From: Trichodelitschia bisporula
Lineage: Eukaryota
NCBI GenBank assembly: GCA_010356995.1
Contig: ML996698.1
Location: 555,923-619,922 of the forward strand
Direction of reading: 5' to 3'
DNA length: 64,000 nt
In this document: positions 38,573-50,713 of the stretch, piece by piece
Layout of the letters: each line of letters opens with the position of its first letter
Numbering within the stretch: position 1 is the stretch's first letter
Made by a program: the position numbers and the translations under genes
Notes under the pieces: model-generated
Seen by the model: the letters and a program-made list of their open reading frames with translations, nothing else
Database searches by the model: none
What the model was told of the DNA's origin: nothing

Positions 38573-41267
38573 CTATGAAAACTTCAGGCTCTTGGTTTGA
38601 TCCCATTGTCCGCCCCTGGTCTGGCCGGATTGGGCGCCACTTGGCGGCGCGCCACCTTGCGCAAATCGGATGCCCACTTGTGGCGTCCACATTCCTGGTG
38701 TCGCGTTGGAGCTTCGAGTGGGCTGTGGTGCCGTCAAAGGCTCGGGTTGTGGTGCTCTCGCCGCATACGACGGGCTCTGCACTTCCGCTTGCTTCTGCTG
38801 CTGCAGGCTCGCGACTTGATTGAGGTTTAAACCTGACATAGCCGTAGTCATATCCCTACGCCGGATGTTAGCAACGCCCATCGCACAACGAGGTGCTACA
38901 TACGATTCCATTTGCGATGCTTCGGAGCGGCGCTGGTAGGCAAAAGTCCGACACCCATCTCTAAAGCGCGTTACAATCTTGGCGAGGTCGTTGTAGAACG
39001 TTCGCCCTGCATTGAGGTTGGTTATGATTTCCTTGTATTTCATGTATGCGTTTTCGAGCTGCTGGAGAGCCCGCTCGCGGTCTTTGGTCGTCGAATCGCC
39101 CTTCCGGGCACTGGTAAAGGCTGCGTTCGCCTCTTGAAGTCGACGGATGATCTCGCGCTGCTCTCTTTCTTCCCCTGCCAGTACCGCCTTGTCGGCATCG
39201 TAAGCTTGCAGCTGGCGGTCGAAAAAGTGCTCAAACTGCCCGGCCTCAATCTTTTGCATAGGCATCTCGCGTTCCAGTCGAGCAGCTTCTTGGAGGAGAG
39301 CTGGATCTGGACGCTTATTAGCCTGTGCGTGGAATCTAGGTTTTACTCACTTATATCATCGGCCTTTGCCTTGGCCCTGATTTCTTCAATCTTCCGACGG
39401 CGTCTGCTTTCCAGTCTACCAATGTCGTTTAGGCAGCCCCTCAATTTTCCAGCTGCCTGATCAACCGCAACAGTGATGGCAGGTCTGCGGCTACTGGGAA
39501 CAAACCGCTCGAGGTCGCGATCGCTTCCCGCCAAAAGACGTATGAGCGCTTCATTTTCTCTTAGCTTGGCCTGGACCGTCTCATCTGTGCCATCAGCGGC
39601 CCTGAAGTAGCCACTGATTTCCCCAATGTCGGCGTACAGCTTTAGGGCAGCTTCTTGGGAAGTCGGCCGCGTCCAACGCTCGGTCCCATACTTGAGGCGT
39701 GCTCGTTCGTCCTCAGCTGCCTCAGATCGCAAGAGCTCCACACCTTCTTGATATATAGCTTGGTCGGCATCTTTAAGCTTCTCTGTTTCATGCAGAGACT
39801 TTGCAAGCTTTGTTGGCCCGTCCTGTTGCCGTATTTCTTCCGCATGGGACACAAGTCCAGGTGGGAGTCCAAGAGGTTTTTCAATAGCTTGAAGCGAGCC
39901 AGGCAAGTTCAGAGACTTCAGTACCTCGTGTAGCTGGCCTGTCATAGTTTCAAGCTCTCCAATGATGGTCTGGTTGACGAGGCGGTCTCTCCGGTCGGCG
40001 TATATGCTAGCTGCAACGTGAACCGCATACGGGACGAGCTTGGTGAAGAGCAAGGGGCCTAGCTCTGCATCTTCACCGAGAGCAGATAAGGGATCTGAGA
40101 CCTGTGGTGGCACCTTGGGCGCGACCATAGACCGGCGCTCCAGGAGTTTGAGCTCCGATTTTGGGGGCTCCGGTTCTGCCACATGTTAGGACGGCTTTGG
40201 ACTTGAGGGTAGGCGACATACGGAGGTAAATCATGTCATTGTCCTTCTCTGCCCGTTTCAGATCTTCCTGTATCCTGTTCTTCAGCCCATTCAAATCCGA
40301 AAGCACAGCCTTGCTGATGTATCTTGCTTCCCGTAACGCCTCAGTTACGCACGATAGACTGTCCTTCAGCCTAGCAACCTCTTCGCCGTATCTTCTCTTC
40401 TCTAGACAGTCTAGGGCGGCGCGAAGCTGCGCAGCGGCAGCGAAATGGTGGTGCTTAGCGTTCATGTGGTGTATCCACTCGCTGCTGATGGCATCTGATT
40501 TGACCCCGAATTCACCAGCCTCGGAGTACAAGTCCGACACCTTGGCTGCGAGCTTCGAGATAGACAAGTCCTTTAGATTATCCTTCACCGCCTTTTGCCA
40601 GAAGCATTCTTGCGCCTGCGCCAGCAGTAGCCTTTCGAGGCTCTCCAGCGTCATGATGTCCATATCCTCAGGTGGGCTGGACCGAAGTTCAGGTATGACG
40701 GTGACTGTCAAATGGTGAACGACGCCCGCAGAAAGGCAAAAGTAATTTGCTGCGGCTTTTAACCCGTCTTGTGTGCTCCGGTTCGCGGAGTAGGCGAGCT
40801 GAGAGTACATGGAGGCGAGGTTGTACAGCACATTAGCGAGCTCGAACCGAATGTTGTTTTGAGAGACTGGACCGATTAGCGTCGCCATCAACTTTTGTAG
40901 AAGCAAACTGACTTGGTCTCTGCGTGTTATACCCAAGAGCCGGATACCACGTAAACTCAACACCGATATCGATAGGAAACTTTCCACCCAACCACACTAG
41001 CTGCGCAGCGTAGGCCTGGAGCTTCTTTATCCCGCTGACGTGAGGCTCTAGAGCGTGTGCAGCTTCCCTGCGAAGCTCGTCAATTGTCTGCAGGTCCCGC
41101 GCAAACATGTCCGGATGCTGGTCATATTTGGTCGAGATATACTGCTTGATGGCATCGTTGAAGGAGAGGGCATGGGTTCGCCGGAAGGAGAGAAAAAGGA
41201 TGTTCCTAGCAAATAGTTAGAAGTCTCGAAGTCATGTTCATGGCTATACTAACGATATGGCCGCCAT
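38573..41267 (-). CDS. palA: pH-response regulator PalA/Rim20 (BRO1 and V domains)
   Basis: MAAISNILFLSFRRTH..KYDQHPDMF, GKFPIDIGVEFTWYPALGY, FELANVLYNL, LLAQAQECFWQKA, EKDNDMIYL, RLKYGTERWTR, NLNAGRTFYNDL. Five introns. Confidence 0.94.
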
Positions 41268-42071
41268 CTTGCTGGTTGGTGTACAAAATCGCTGACTATT
41301 ACCGTGCCGGACGCCGTCAAAGGTTGCGAGGACGACAACAACTGCGTCACCGCTTGGCACGAGGTTCGTTGCCCGACGGCAGCGCCACAGCGGGCAAGTG
41401 GCGTATGCCCCGCACTTGGTGAGCACAGCCGCAAACGCCATATCCTCGAAGCTGACAACAGCAATCCAAGTCAGATATCATCCAGATGGTTGCCTTGATG
41501 GCAAAAGAGCTGTACATGTCTATTCTGGTCCGACTAAAGTCGAGCGCGTTGCAGCAATAATGCATCTAGCAGCTGATTTGAATGGCCGTCGCCATAACGG
41601 CACAACAGACAATTGCGATACACAGTAAGGGTCTCCGATGAACGGGCTGTCTGTATCATCTGTCCGCATGATGGGCGAACCTAATAAACTTCGAAATTGC
41701 CTACCACCTCCGATATCTTCGACTTATAAACTTGCTCATGCTGTGGTCGGACGCTCCCTTCAACCTCTTGTTCCGCCACTAACCATCCCGAGAAACCCGC
41801 CAGCGTAGCCGACTGCTTAGTGAGGTCTAGTCCCAAACAAAGGTGAAGCTGGATTTGTAACCTTACCCGCTGGCCTGCCTAACGGCGGCTGCGGCAAACA
41901 TAACGCCGTACCGCAACCTAATCTATAGGAAGCACGCGCGCAGTCCTCTTTCGCCTTCCGTGATACCGTTTCAAAGTCCATCCACGTTGTCGTAGACCGA
42001 GGTAGCCCTGTCAGCAGTTTGCCTTAGTTTCCGCCGTCTTCTTCCCCTAAGCTTGCGTGGCACCTGCCCGG

Positions 42072-42079
42072 TATAAATA
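42072..42079 (+). promoter_or_regulatory. TATA box upstream of ATX1
   Basis: TATAAATA about 110 bp upstream of the ATG. Confidence 0.5.
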
Positions 42080-42183
42080 CGCGTGGGGTCGAACCGGCCT
42101 CCGCAAACTGACGTCCGCTAGTTACTCCAATCCCGCAGCCCCACCCCGCAGACACATCCATCCGTTGCACTTCATCCTACAGA

Positions 42184-42540
42184 ATGCCTCAACATACCTA
42201 CAAGTTCAACGTCGCTATGAGCTGCGGCGGCTGTTCCGGCGCCGTTGAGCGCGTCCTTAAGAAACTCGATGGTAGGTTACAGTCATTCCGATTCAACCGT
42301 GCCCGTGTACTCGCGCCTCAGCTAACAAATCATGCAGGCATTGACCACTACGAGGTCTCCCTCGAGAAGCAGACTGCCGAAATCGTGACCACGGAGGACT
42401 CGCCGCTCGACTTCAACACCGTCCTGACCACGATCAAGAAAACTGGCAAGAAGGTCAAGTCTGGAGAGGAGGATGGAAAGGAGCTGCCCATTGATGTCGC
42501 CGCTTCCGCTACTGAGCCGAACCCTGTTCCTGTCGTTTAA
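42184..42540 (+). CDS. ATX1: Copper chaperone Atx1 (HMA domain)
   Basis: HTYKFNVAMSCGGCSGAVERVLKKLDG and IKKTGK motifs. Intron 42272..42337. Confidence 0.95.
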   Translation: MPQHTYKFNVAMSCGGCSGAVERVLKKLDGRLQSFRFNRARVLAPQLTNHAGIDHYEVSLEKQTAEIVTTEDSPLDFNTVLTTIKKTGKKVKSGEEDGKELPIDVAASATEPNPVPVV

Positions 42541-44187
42541 GTGATGTCGGGCGTGCGTGGGTGAGGATATCGTGGAGGAAGACCAATACAAAATTATTTC
42601 TACATCCGTGGTGTTCTGTAGCCCATTCAGACTCCGTCAGAATTCGTGATGCACAGTATCCTCTCGAATCACGCCATATGGGGGCCAGGAACGTGTGGTT
42701 GTGGATGCATATATCCAACGAGGCGTTTAGGGCATCGGGCAGGAATCCGTGACGATGATGACGATAACGCTGTCCGTCTTAGATTACGTTCCCCTCCCGA
42801 TTCAGGTCCCGTAGCGTGTCGGCTGTTGCGCGCTAAAACCGTCGCCGGACACGCAGTTGCGTTGCCGTTGTCGCTCGACCAAGGGCGCGTCCAAGTGACT
42901 TTCAAGGTTAATTGAGCCATCAATCCGCGATTGACAAGGCTCGTTTCATTTCGGTACACGTTGCAACCAGAACATCATTGCGGGGAAAGCTTCGCCTGTC
43001 AGATGCAGAAGTACCGGCAAGGACTGCCCAGAGCCTGCCTGGAGACACCTCCTTAGATGCGTTCGCTGACTGCCGTTCAATCGCCAGTCGCTCGAGTTTC
43101 AATTACTCTAAGAATCATGATGTGCCCAGTTCCGGTTGACAAGCGAATCACCCCTTAGCCGGCTGATGAGAAACGTATAGCCAGTATCACCCATTCTCAG
43201 AATCCGAAGTCTGATTAGATATGAAGCCACCGTGCAGAGGAGTTATGTACCATCTGCCCCCCTGCTTCCGAGAGCCAGTGTCGGTCCGGGTACGAAGGAC
43301 CCGGTAGGAGAAGTGCCCATGTTCACCTCGGTCCGCTCCCCGCATCCAATAACAGGGGACCCATGGATTGGAATGGGATCCCGTGAGAAACTCCCAAGTT
43401 ACTGATGGAGGTGGCGTGCGTGGTTGTGGAGGCCGAGTAGCAAGTCGGGGATGCTCAATAGCCTGTAACTCTGGCTCAAGATCCGAATCCTTTGTTTTTC
43501 ATACAACCGATTTGGATAACCGCGAGGCATAAATGCTGTAGGGTGCGAGTAATATATGGCATGGTGTATATGCAGAGGCTCAAGTGTCTAGAACTAGAAC
43601 TACTAGCTACAAGCGCCACCACATCTTGAGCTTTTACGTCTACTGTAGTGCTATGGAGGCTCAACTATGGATGGATAAAAGTCAACGCAAAGCTCAGTGG
43701 TCTATATTAAAGCACAAGGTAGTTCAATGCCCGCTCTTGATACCTTATGTTGAGAAATGCTGTCGTTACTGCAAAGTACAACTAAGGGAGCTGGCGCAAG
43801 GTTGGCTATGACGTCACTCATGGAGATGAAAATGCCCCACAACTTCATGAGAACTGGGCACCGCCACAGGTTTACCACTGTGGGGCTGGCTAGGTCAGTA
43901 GCATCCGTTAGAGGCAAGGAGTTCCAAGGACATGCAGTGGAAAGAGCGAGGAACTGTGAAAGCTGCCCTCAGATCCTGGAAGGTGTGGCGCGCTTCGTGC
44001 TCCAAGCATCCAACTGACGTTACACTCCATTACGTCACTCGGCGGAGGTACCACCTCAAAACCACACTCTCCCCCCAAAGGCTGCCCTCCTAATCACACT
44101 GCCTCAATCACCTTCTTCACTGCACACAATATTCTCCTCACATATTCCAATCTCCACAACCCCAACTCAATCACATCCACCAGCACA

Positions 44188-44762
44188 ATGGCCACTCTTC
44201 ACTGTAAGGCTCCTCTCAATGCTACTACCGCCTTGTTTGGCATGTCGGCGTTTCAGAAGCTGACCGCTCTCAGATCTTCCTCCTGTCAAGCCCTCCGCCA
44301 TTGCCCTAGGCACCCTCTTCAACAATGCCGTTGCCATTGGTGTTTTGACTCCCGTCTTCGGCGAGACCTACCGCCGTGCGCAGCAGGCCAACACGAAGGA
44401 GGAGTTCTTCCGCTCCAAGGAGGCTGCCACCGCAGCTGCTACTTGGGGTAGCTCTCTGGTCGGCTCCGCCCTCCAGGCCTACGGCGTCGGTGCTCTGATC
44501 AACGCTACCGGTACTCTCAGCTACAAGGGTGCTGCTTATCTCGGTTCTTTGATCTTCCTCGCTAGCGCTGCTCCTTCGGTAAGTCCTCACCGAACTCCTA
44601 ACGGTGGACGTTTTCTGACATTCATAGGTCGTCTCCCAGGTCCTGACTGAGAAGCGCCCTGGTGACACCATCCTCGTCGGTGCTGTGGGTCGCGTCTTTG
44701 AGACTGTCGGCCTCAGCTTGTTCCTGACCTACTGGGGCACCCGCACGAATCCCTTTGACTAA
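44188..44762 (+). CDS. Small 4-TM membrane protein, DUF1761-like
   Basis: Two introns. Spliced product MATLHYLPPVKPSAIALGTLFNNAVAIGVLTPVFGETYRRA..LINATGTLSYKGAAYLGSLIFLASAAPS|VVSQVLTEKRP..WGTRTNPFD*. Strong codon bias. Confidence 0.82.
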
Positions 44763-45133
44763 ATCTGCTTGATTATGGAACCAACTGCGAGCGGAGGAAT
44801 GCGTAATGTACATTACAGCCGCGGCGTTTTGTCTTCCATTCCTTGATGATGCCTACTAGGGGGAACTAGTCAGAAGGGAACGCTTAGAATAGGCATATCA
44901 AGCACTTTCTCTGAGCTAGCCATCTGTACTTTGTAGCCCGCTTCTAGTGACACACAAACAAACTTCTTCTTCTGCCTCACAATCAGGCAAATAACTAACG
45001 GGGTTGGCTATCTTAAAGGCTGATATTATTAAGGCATGAGGCAGTCACTTGCTAGTTCTAGTCCATGTCATACCTCCATGAGTGATGCTTCAGCAAACCC
45101 TTTTGTCCGAGATGCAAGTAGGCGACACAAGCT

Positions 45134-46244
45134 TTAGGCTGACAATTCAGCAGCAAGCGCTACGCGCCGTCCATTTGCGACCAGAGCTGCTGACGGTACC
45201 ATACCCGCCTCCTTAAGTGTCTGGCCAAAGTCGGAGGTGTCGAACACCTTGCGAGGAAAGTTTTGGGTGAAGCTTGTGACCATCGTGCCGTTCTCCTTCT
45301 GCAGTGCCTGGGATACCTCCAAGAGTGTCGTATCGACCGGAAAGGACTTCACAACTGTTCCACCCGGGGTTTGGAGCCGCAATCGCGTCTCAGTGTAAGA
45401 GCTCGCTGGTTTACTAGCGGGTTGAGTGGCGGGAACTGCAGCGGCAGGCACGGGGCCGGTTGCTAACTCCGCCAGTCCTCCTCCACCGGCACGTTGAGCC
45501 TTCTCCAAGTCGGCCTTCCGCTTGCGTTCAGCCCTGTCAGCGGCAATCTGATCCAGCACCTTCTTGCGAGCGAGTTCTTCATCGCGCTTTTCGCGGCGCT
45601 TCTTTTCGGCTTCTTTGATGCGCTCCTTTTGCTGCAGGGCCTCCCGAATGTCCTGCGACTCCTTGGTAGCCTTGCGGCGGATTTCCTGGAATCCTGTCAG
45701 CACCAAAACAGTATACTTCATTTTGAAGAGCTTACCTCATTCTTCTTCTTGTCGAGCTTGTCTTGTTCAGAGACCTGGGCGCGCTTGGCCGCGAGTTTGG
45801 ACTTGAGTTCCTCCAATTTGGCGGCCTTCTCCTCTTCCGTCAAGGGCTTGACCTCTTCAGCGGATTCGGAGAAATCAGTGTGGCCCCTACTGCCAGTCAG
45901 CCTCGCCTGCTCGCAAAGATAATATCTGATGCTCACGATTTCGTGGCGTGGTACTCCGCCTGAGCTTGGTTTCGGAACTTCTTTCCACAATCGTTGCAGA
46001 CCAGGCTCCGAGCTTCTCCTACGTCATCGCCAGGGGGTCCATCGTCGCTGGTGAGCTCTTCAATGGTCTTGTCGGCATTCTTGTCTAGCCAGTCGACGGC
46101 ATCTTGCACTGATTGCTGTTAGCGGGGGAGTGGAGTACTGTAGGCTTGGAGTTGCTTACGGCTACCAGTCTGCTTGACTGCAAGCTTCGCCTTGTCCTCA
46201 GCAAACCCCATCTCCAAAAGCATTTGAAGGTCGGAAGGTGCCAT
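45134..46244 (-). CDS. UBA-C2H2-UBX domain protein (UBXN1/SAKS1-like Cdc48 adaptor)
   Basis: UBA domain (LLEMGF..AVDWL), zinc finger (CNDCGKKF..HATKSGHTDF), coiled coil, UBX domain (TRLRLQTP..NFPRKVF..TLKEAGMVPSAAL). Three introns. Confidence 0.9.
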
Positions 46245-46993
46245 GGCTGTAGACTGCTGTGGATTCTTGGGAAGAGCTGGGTAAAGGAAAGTGAGAAGTG
46301 TGGGGGATGGCGGGAGGGTGGGGCGAGGGGGGAGCGAGGGGTGTTGCTATAGTTGACCCAGGCTGGCTGTAGCGAGAGGCTTTTGTTCTCTCTACGATGG
46401 GAGCATGCACGGGTTCGAAATGGAGCACTCTTCGCCAAGGTTTACTGAAGTGGAGTTCTTCACAAATATGTTGGGACGACGGTGAGATGGTGGGGAGGCG
46501 GTACGGGTAAACTGGTGATGCGCGTTTGTCAGGAACAGGTCGGTTGGAGCTCACTGCGCACTTCTGGTTGCTAGGGCCGGGTTGCGTCAGACCCTCCCAG
46601 GCTTGTCCGTCCCCTAGAGTGAGAGCCCGTGTTCAATGGGCCACGCTCCCCCCTCCCCCTCCAACTCTCTCACCACGCACCTTCACCTATCTTACATTGG
46701 AAACCTTCGACGCGCCTTCTTTCCTCCATCGCCACTTTATTGCGCTTACCGAACACTTCCACAGACACCGCGACTATCGACCTTCCTTCCCCTTTCCCCG
46801 CGCTTGCCTGTACCGTCCTCCGAGCAAGTGTCGCCTGCGCACTCACACCCGCGCCGCGCGCCGTCTTTTCTGGGCACTTCCGCCAGCACACCCTCGAGAA
46901 CTACACCACCTCGCTCTACCTAGCAACCCCCGCACCCGCTCACGACTTGGTCCCACTCGTATACATATCATTACTACATCCTCTGCTGTCGCC

Positions 46994-48082
46994 ATGTCTG
47001 TCGAACTGGACCCCGCAGAACTGCATTTTAAGCGTATGTTTGCATGCCAACCTGGCATATGAAGTGGCCACTTACGCAATCACAGGCCCCTTCCAGCGCG
47101 AAGTGTCGCAAGTGCTGAAGCTTCGCAACCCCAATTCAGTGCCCGTTGCCTTCAAAGTAAGCTGTTCTTGGAATTTTCCGCTGGGATTGGGCTAACCTTG
47201 CGTAGGTCAAAACCACCGCTCCCAAGCAGTACGCCGCGCGCGCTTTCCCCCCTGTCGTGTGCCATATCTGACCTGGTACCTGTAGATACTGTGTGAGGCC
47301 AAACTCTGGGAGGATCGAGCCCGGAGCTGAGGAGGAAGTGCAGGGTATGCTCAGCGCCATATCTGTTCGGATTCACTGCTCACCACTTGCGTATAGTGCT
47401 CCTGCAGGCGATGAAGGAGGACCCACCCCTGGATTACAAATGTCGCGACAAGTTCCTTGTACAATCCGTTGGCGTGCCCGCAGGCCGCGACTTCAACAAT
47501 GTACGCGCTCTCACCATTCTATGGTATTTTGGCTGATCCTTCGTACAGTGGTCTCACATTGAACAGACGGACCGCACCTTGATCCAGGAGAAAAAGATCC
47601 GAGTCGCATTCCTTCCCGCTGACGATTCGACGCCCGCTAAGCCAAATGGCTTCAGGGAAGAGACGCCCCACAGGCACCCCTCCCCCGATGCCGCTACACC
47701 TCAGCCGCCTAGCACCGCGCCTACCGGGCAGATGCCGGTTCCCGAATCGCGCCCTAAGGACAATAAGTACCTCGCTGAGGCCGGGAGCCCTCAGGTCCAG
47801 GAGAGGTCGCCTGCCCGGGAAGTCGCCGCCCCGATCCCAACTAGCGTCGAGGAACTGCAAGCACAGCTTGCTGAAGCTCATTCCGTTATTGCCAAGTTAA
47901 AGGAGCAGACTGACGACAGCGGGTTGAGACGGCGGAAGGGTGATTCCAGCGCGAAGGCTGAGGAGCGCATGACTTCTGGACCCACAAGCCTCGTTGCTCA
48001 CCAAACGCAGGAGGGCGTTCCTATCAAGGTTGTCGCCGGCCTCTGCTTTTTGTGCTTCCTTTTGGCCTACTTCTTCTTTTGA
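46994..48082 (+). CDS. SCS2: VAP-family ER membrane-contact protein Scs2 (MSP domain plus tail anchor)
   Basis: VAFK|VKTTAPKQ|YCVRPNSG, CRDKFLVQS, and C-terminal TM segment VVAGLCFLCFLLAYFFF*. Five introns. Confidence 0.95.
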
Positions 48083-49070
48083 ACCCCCTAGGATGGTCTT
48101 GAGAGGATAGGTGATAGTCAGGTTGGAGGCTCATTGAAACCGGATGCGTGATGTTGGCTGCTGTGGGATTCATACGGAGGGAGTCATGGAGAGACAATAC
48201 TTCAGGCACGGAGTTGGAATGATTCCTGCGATTCTTGCTTCCATTCCTGTGTGCTGCTTCAGTTTCCTTGGTATAGGTTCGGAGAGGCTCCCTGACACCG
48301 AAATGGGAGGGTATCTGGCTTCGGTCGGCGGAGACAACCCGGGGCTTTTCGGACACATGTACAACAACGACGGACTTCTTCTGTAGGCGCGTGTTTGGCA
48401 GTAATGACATTGAGATGCGAATGGATACCGGCACATCTTCATGCGTTCATTTTGCATCACACTCCATGGGCGAGCAGTAAGATAGGTGAAGAAGAGTGCA
48501 TATTCATTGAGCAGTAGATAAGCCGGATACGTTTTGATGCATGGCGACCCGGGTTGGGGAAGCACCATCTGTACCGAGCCGAGCCTTAAAAAAAGGGTGA
48601 CATCCGGATGCATAGATGCATACGTAGTAGTTTTGGACTCCACCAAGCTATTATAGAGAAGTTGCCATTCGATGTTTTTACCTCCGTAGTTCGGAGTATT
48701 CCGGCGAGCCGGAGTTGTTACTTGACTGCATGTTATGATTGCACCTTGAGATTGGCGGGATAGAAAGCGCGTGGGGCGGTGGGCAAGCAGTACCGCAGCA
48801 CGCCGTGCACGCCTTCCATGGGGGTGGTAGAAGGGCAGCCGTGGCAGCGTGGGCAAGCGTGGTCACGGACCCTTGCTGTGTTTTTATTCGCGCGGAGCTG
48901 GGCTGGCGATTCACATCCTTACCGACGACGCAACGCTCCGAAAAACTCCCCTCCCCAAAACCTTCGCTTCGACCAGCGTCTCTTGATTCCACAACAACAG
49001 CCGCCACATTTCACCGCATTTCACCTCATTTCACCATATCCCCAACCCCTTCATTTGCCAGTCGCCCACC

Positions 49071-50418
49071 ATGTCTGTCCCTGCTTTCTCAGATATCGCG
49101 AAGCCCGCGAACGATGTAGGCATTCAATTGTTCCCCCTCGGCCCGCATCCGAGCCGTTAACCGCGCCGCCGTTCACGCTCCGGCCAGACTCTAGCGCGCA
49201 ATTGATACATGTAACTGACGCTTTTCACAGCTCATCAGCAAGGACTTCTACCATGCGACAGCCGGTACTTCATATTTGCGCTCCTCCAAAGGGCTTCTGG
49301 CGCATCATGCTCACTGAGTTGCAGCTATCCTTGAGGTGAAGCTGAAGGCTCCCAATGGCTTGGCCATCACCACAAAGGGCACTTCGCCGCACGAGGGGGA
49401 CATCAGCGGTTCGGTGCGTCTTATCCAGGCCACCCGCGACGTTTGGGGACTTGGCTAACAAAATATAGCTCGAGGCGAAGAAGGTCATCAGCAAGGGTAC
49501 ATATTCCTTCCCTTTTGGCCATCCCTTTGGTACCGTCGCACTCTCAATGCTTCTTTATAAGGCGAAGACGCACTTTGCGGATTTGCAGTTGCTTGCCATT
49601 GACACGCGGATACCATACACTATTCTTAGAACGAGACTAAAATTTCCGTACTTAGGCATAACCGCCACTGAGTCCTGGTCGTCTGCCAATGTGCTCACGA
49701 CCAAGATCGAGCTGGAGGATACCATTGCACAGGGCCTGAAGGCTGAGTTCCTCAGTGTCTTCAACCCGAAGCAGGGGCCCAAGGGCCAGAAGCTCAGCCT
49801 TTACTTCAAGCAGGGTGCCTTCAACACCCGTGCGTTCTTTGACTATGTTCCGTCCACTGGCAACGTCAACGCTGTCGTCGATGGGGTTGTCGCTCACGAG
49901 GGCTTTGTTGTCGGTGGTGAAGCCGGCTACGATGTCCAGAAGGCCGCGCTCACGCGCTACGCTGCCGCTCTCGGATACACGCAGCCGCAGTACAGCGTCG
50001 CAGTTACCGCCACGAACAACCTGAGCGTCTTCGCGGCGTCGTACTACCACAAGGTCAACACTCAGGTCGAGGCTGGCGTCAAGGCCGCCTATGACACCAA
50101 GAGCAGCTCCACGGTTGGCATCGAGATCGCCAGCAAGTACAAGATCGATACTCTGTCGTTCGCCAAGGTTTGTCTGCGCGTCTTTGTGCAGCACTTCCAC
50201 TGACCCCACGAAACAGGCCAAGATCAACGACCGCGGTATCCTTTCCCTGGCGTACAACAGCAAAATCAACTCGGGTCTTACGTTCGGCATTGGCGCGTCT
50301 CTGGACACTCAGAAGCTCAACGAGGCCGGCCACAAGGTTTGTATCCCTTTTCTTTGGTTGAATCCTGGTCACTGACGATGACTTCTAGATTGGTACTAGC
50401 TTCACTTTCGAGGGTTAG
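49071..50418 (+). CDS. POR1: Mitochondrial outer-membrane porin (VDAC)
   Basis: Seven exons: MSVPAFSDIAKPAND|LISKDFYH..APNG..GSLEAK..AGYDVQKAALTRY..YYHKVN..AKINDRGI..LDTQKLNEAGHK|IGTSFTFEG*. Confidence 0.97.
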
Positions 50419-50713
50419 GTATTTTGAAACTGGGGCTGTTGTACCGGTAGTTTAGATTGCGGCGGATGTCATGGCTATGCTAGACCGTCAATGAAAGCAC
50501 GTTTCTTCCTTACCGTGGTTCCTCCCTTGTTCAGCTGCCATCGGGCCTGCCATACTTCATGCCTCAGATATCGTTACCAATGACGATGGCACATATGCGG
50601 GGAACTATGCGCCTAAAGGCCTGATAACCGAGGCTTCAGCAGCCACAGCTTTTGTACAAGAGGAGATGACCGACCACGAGGGTGCAGTTCAAGGTAATGA
50701 TTATATGCCAACG

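Noticed and set aside
41731..41738. CTTGCTC(A) near-match to a Mac1 copper-response element upstream of ATX1
   Set aside because: A single imperfect copy is expected by chance.
43163..43214. CTGATGAGAAAC resembling a hammerhead core, or a C/D box pair ending in CTGA
   Set aside because: There is no stem II between CTGATGA and GAAA and no flanking helices. The C-to-D spacing of about 50 nt is too short and I saw no guide sequence.
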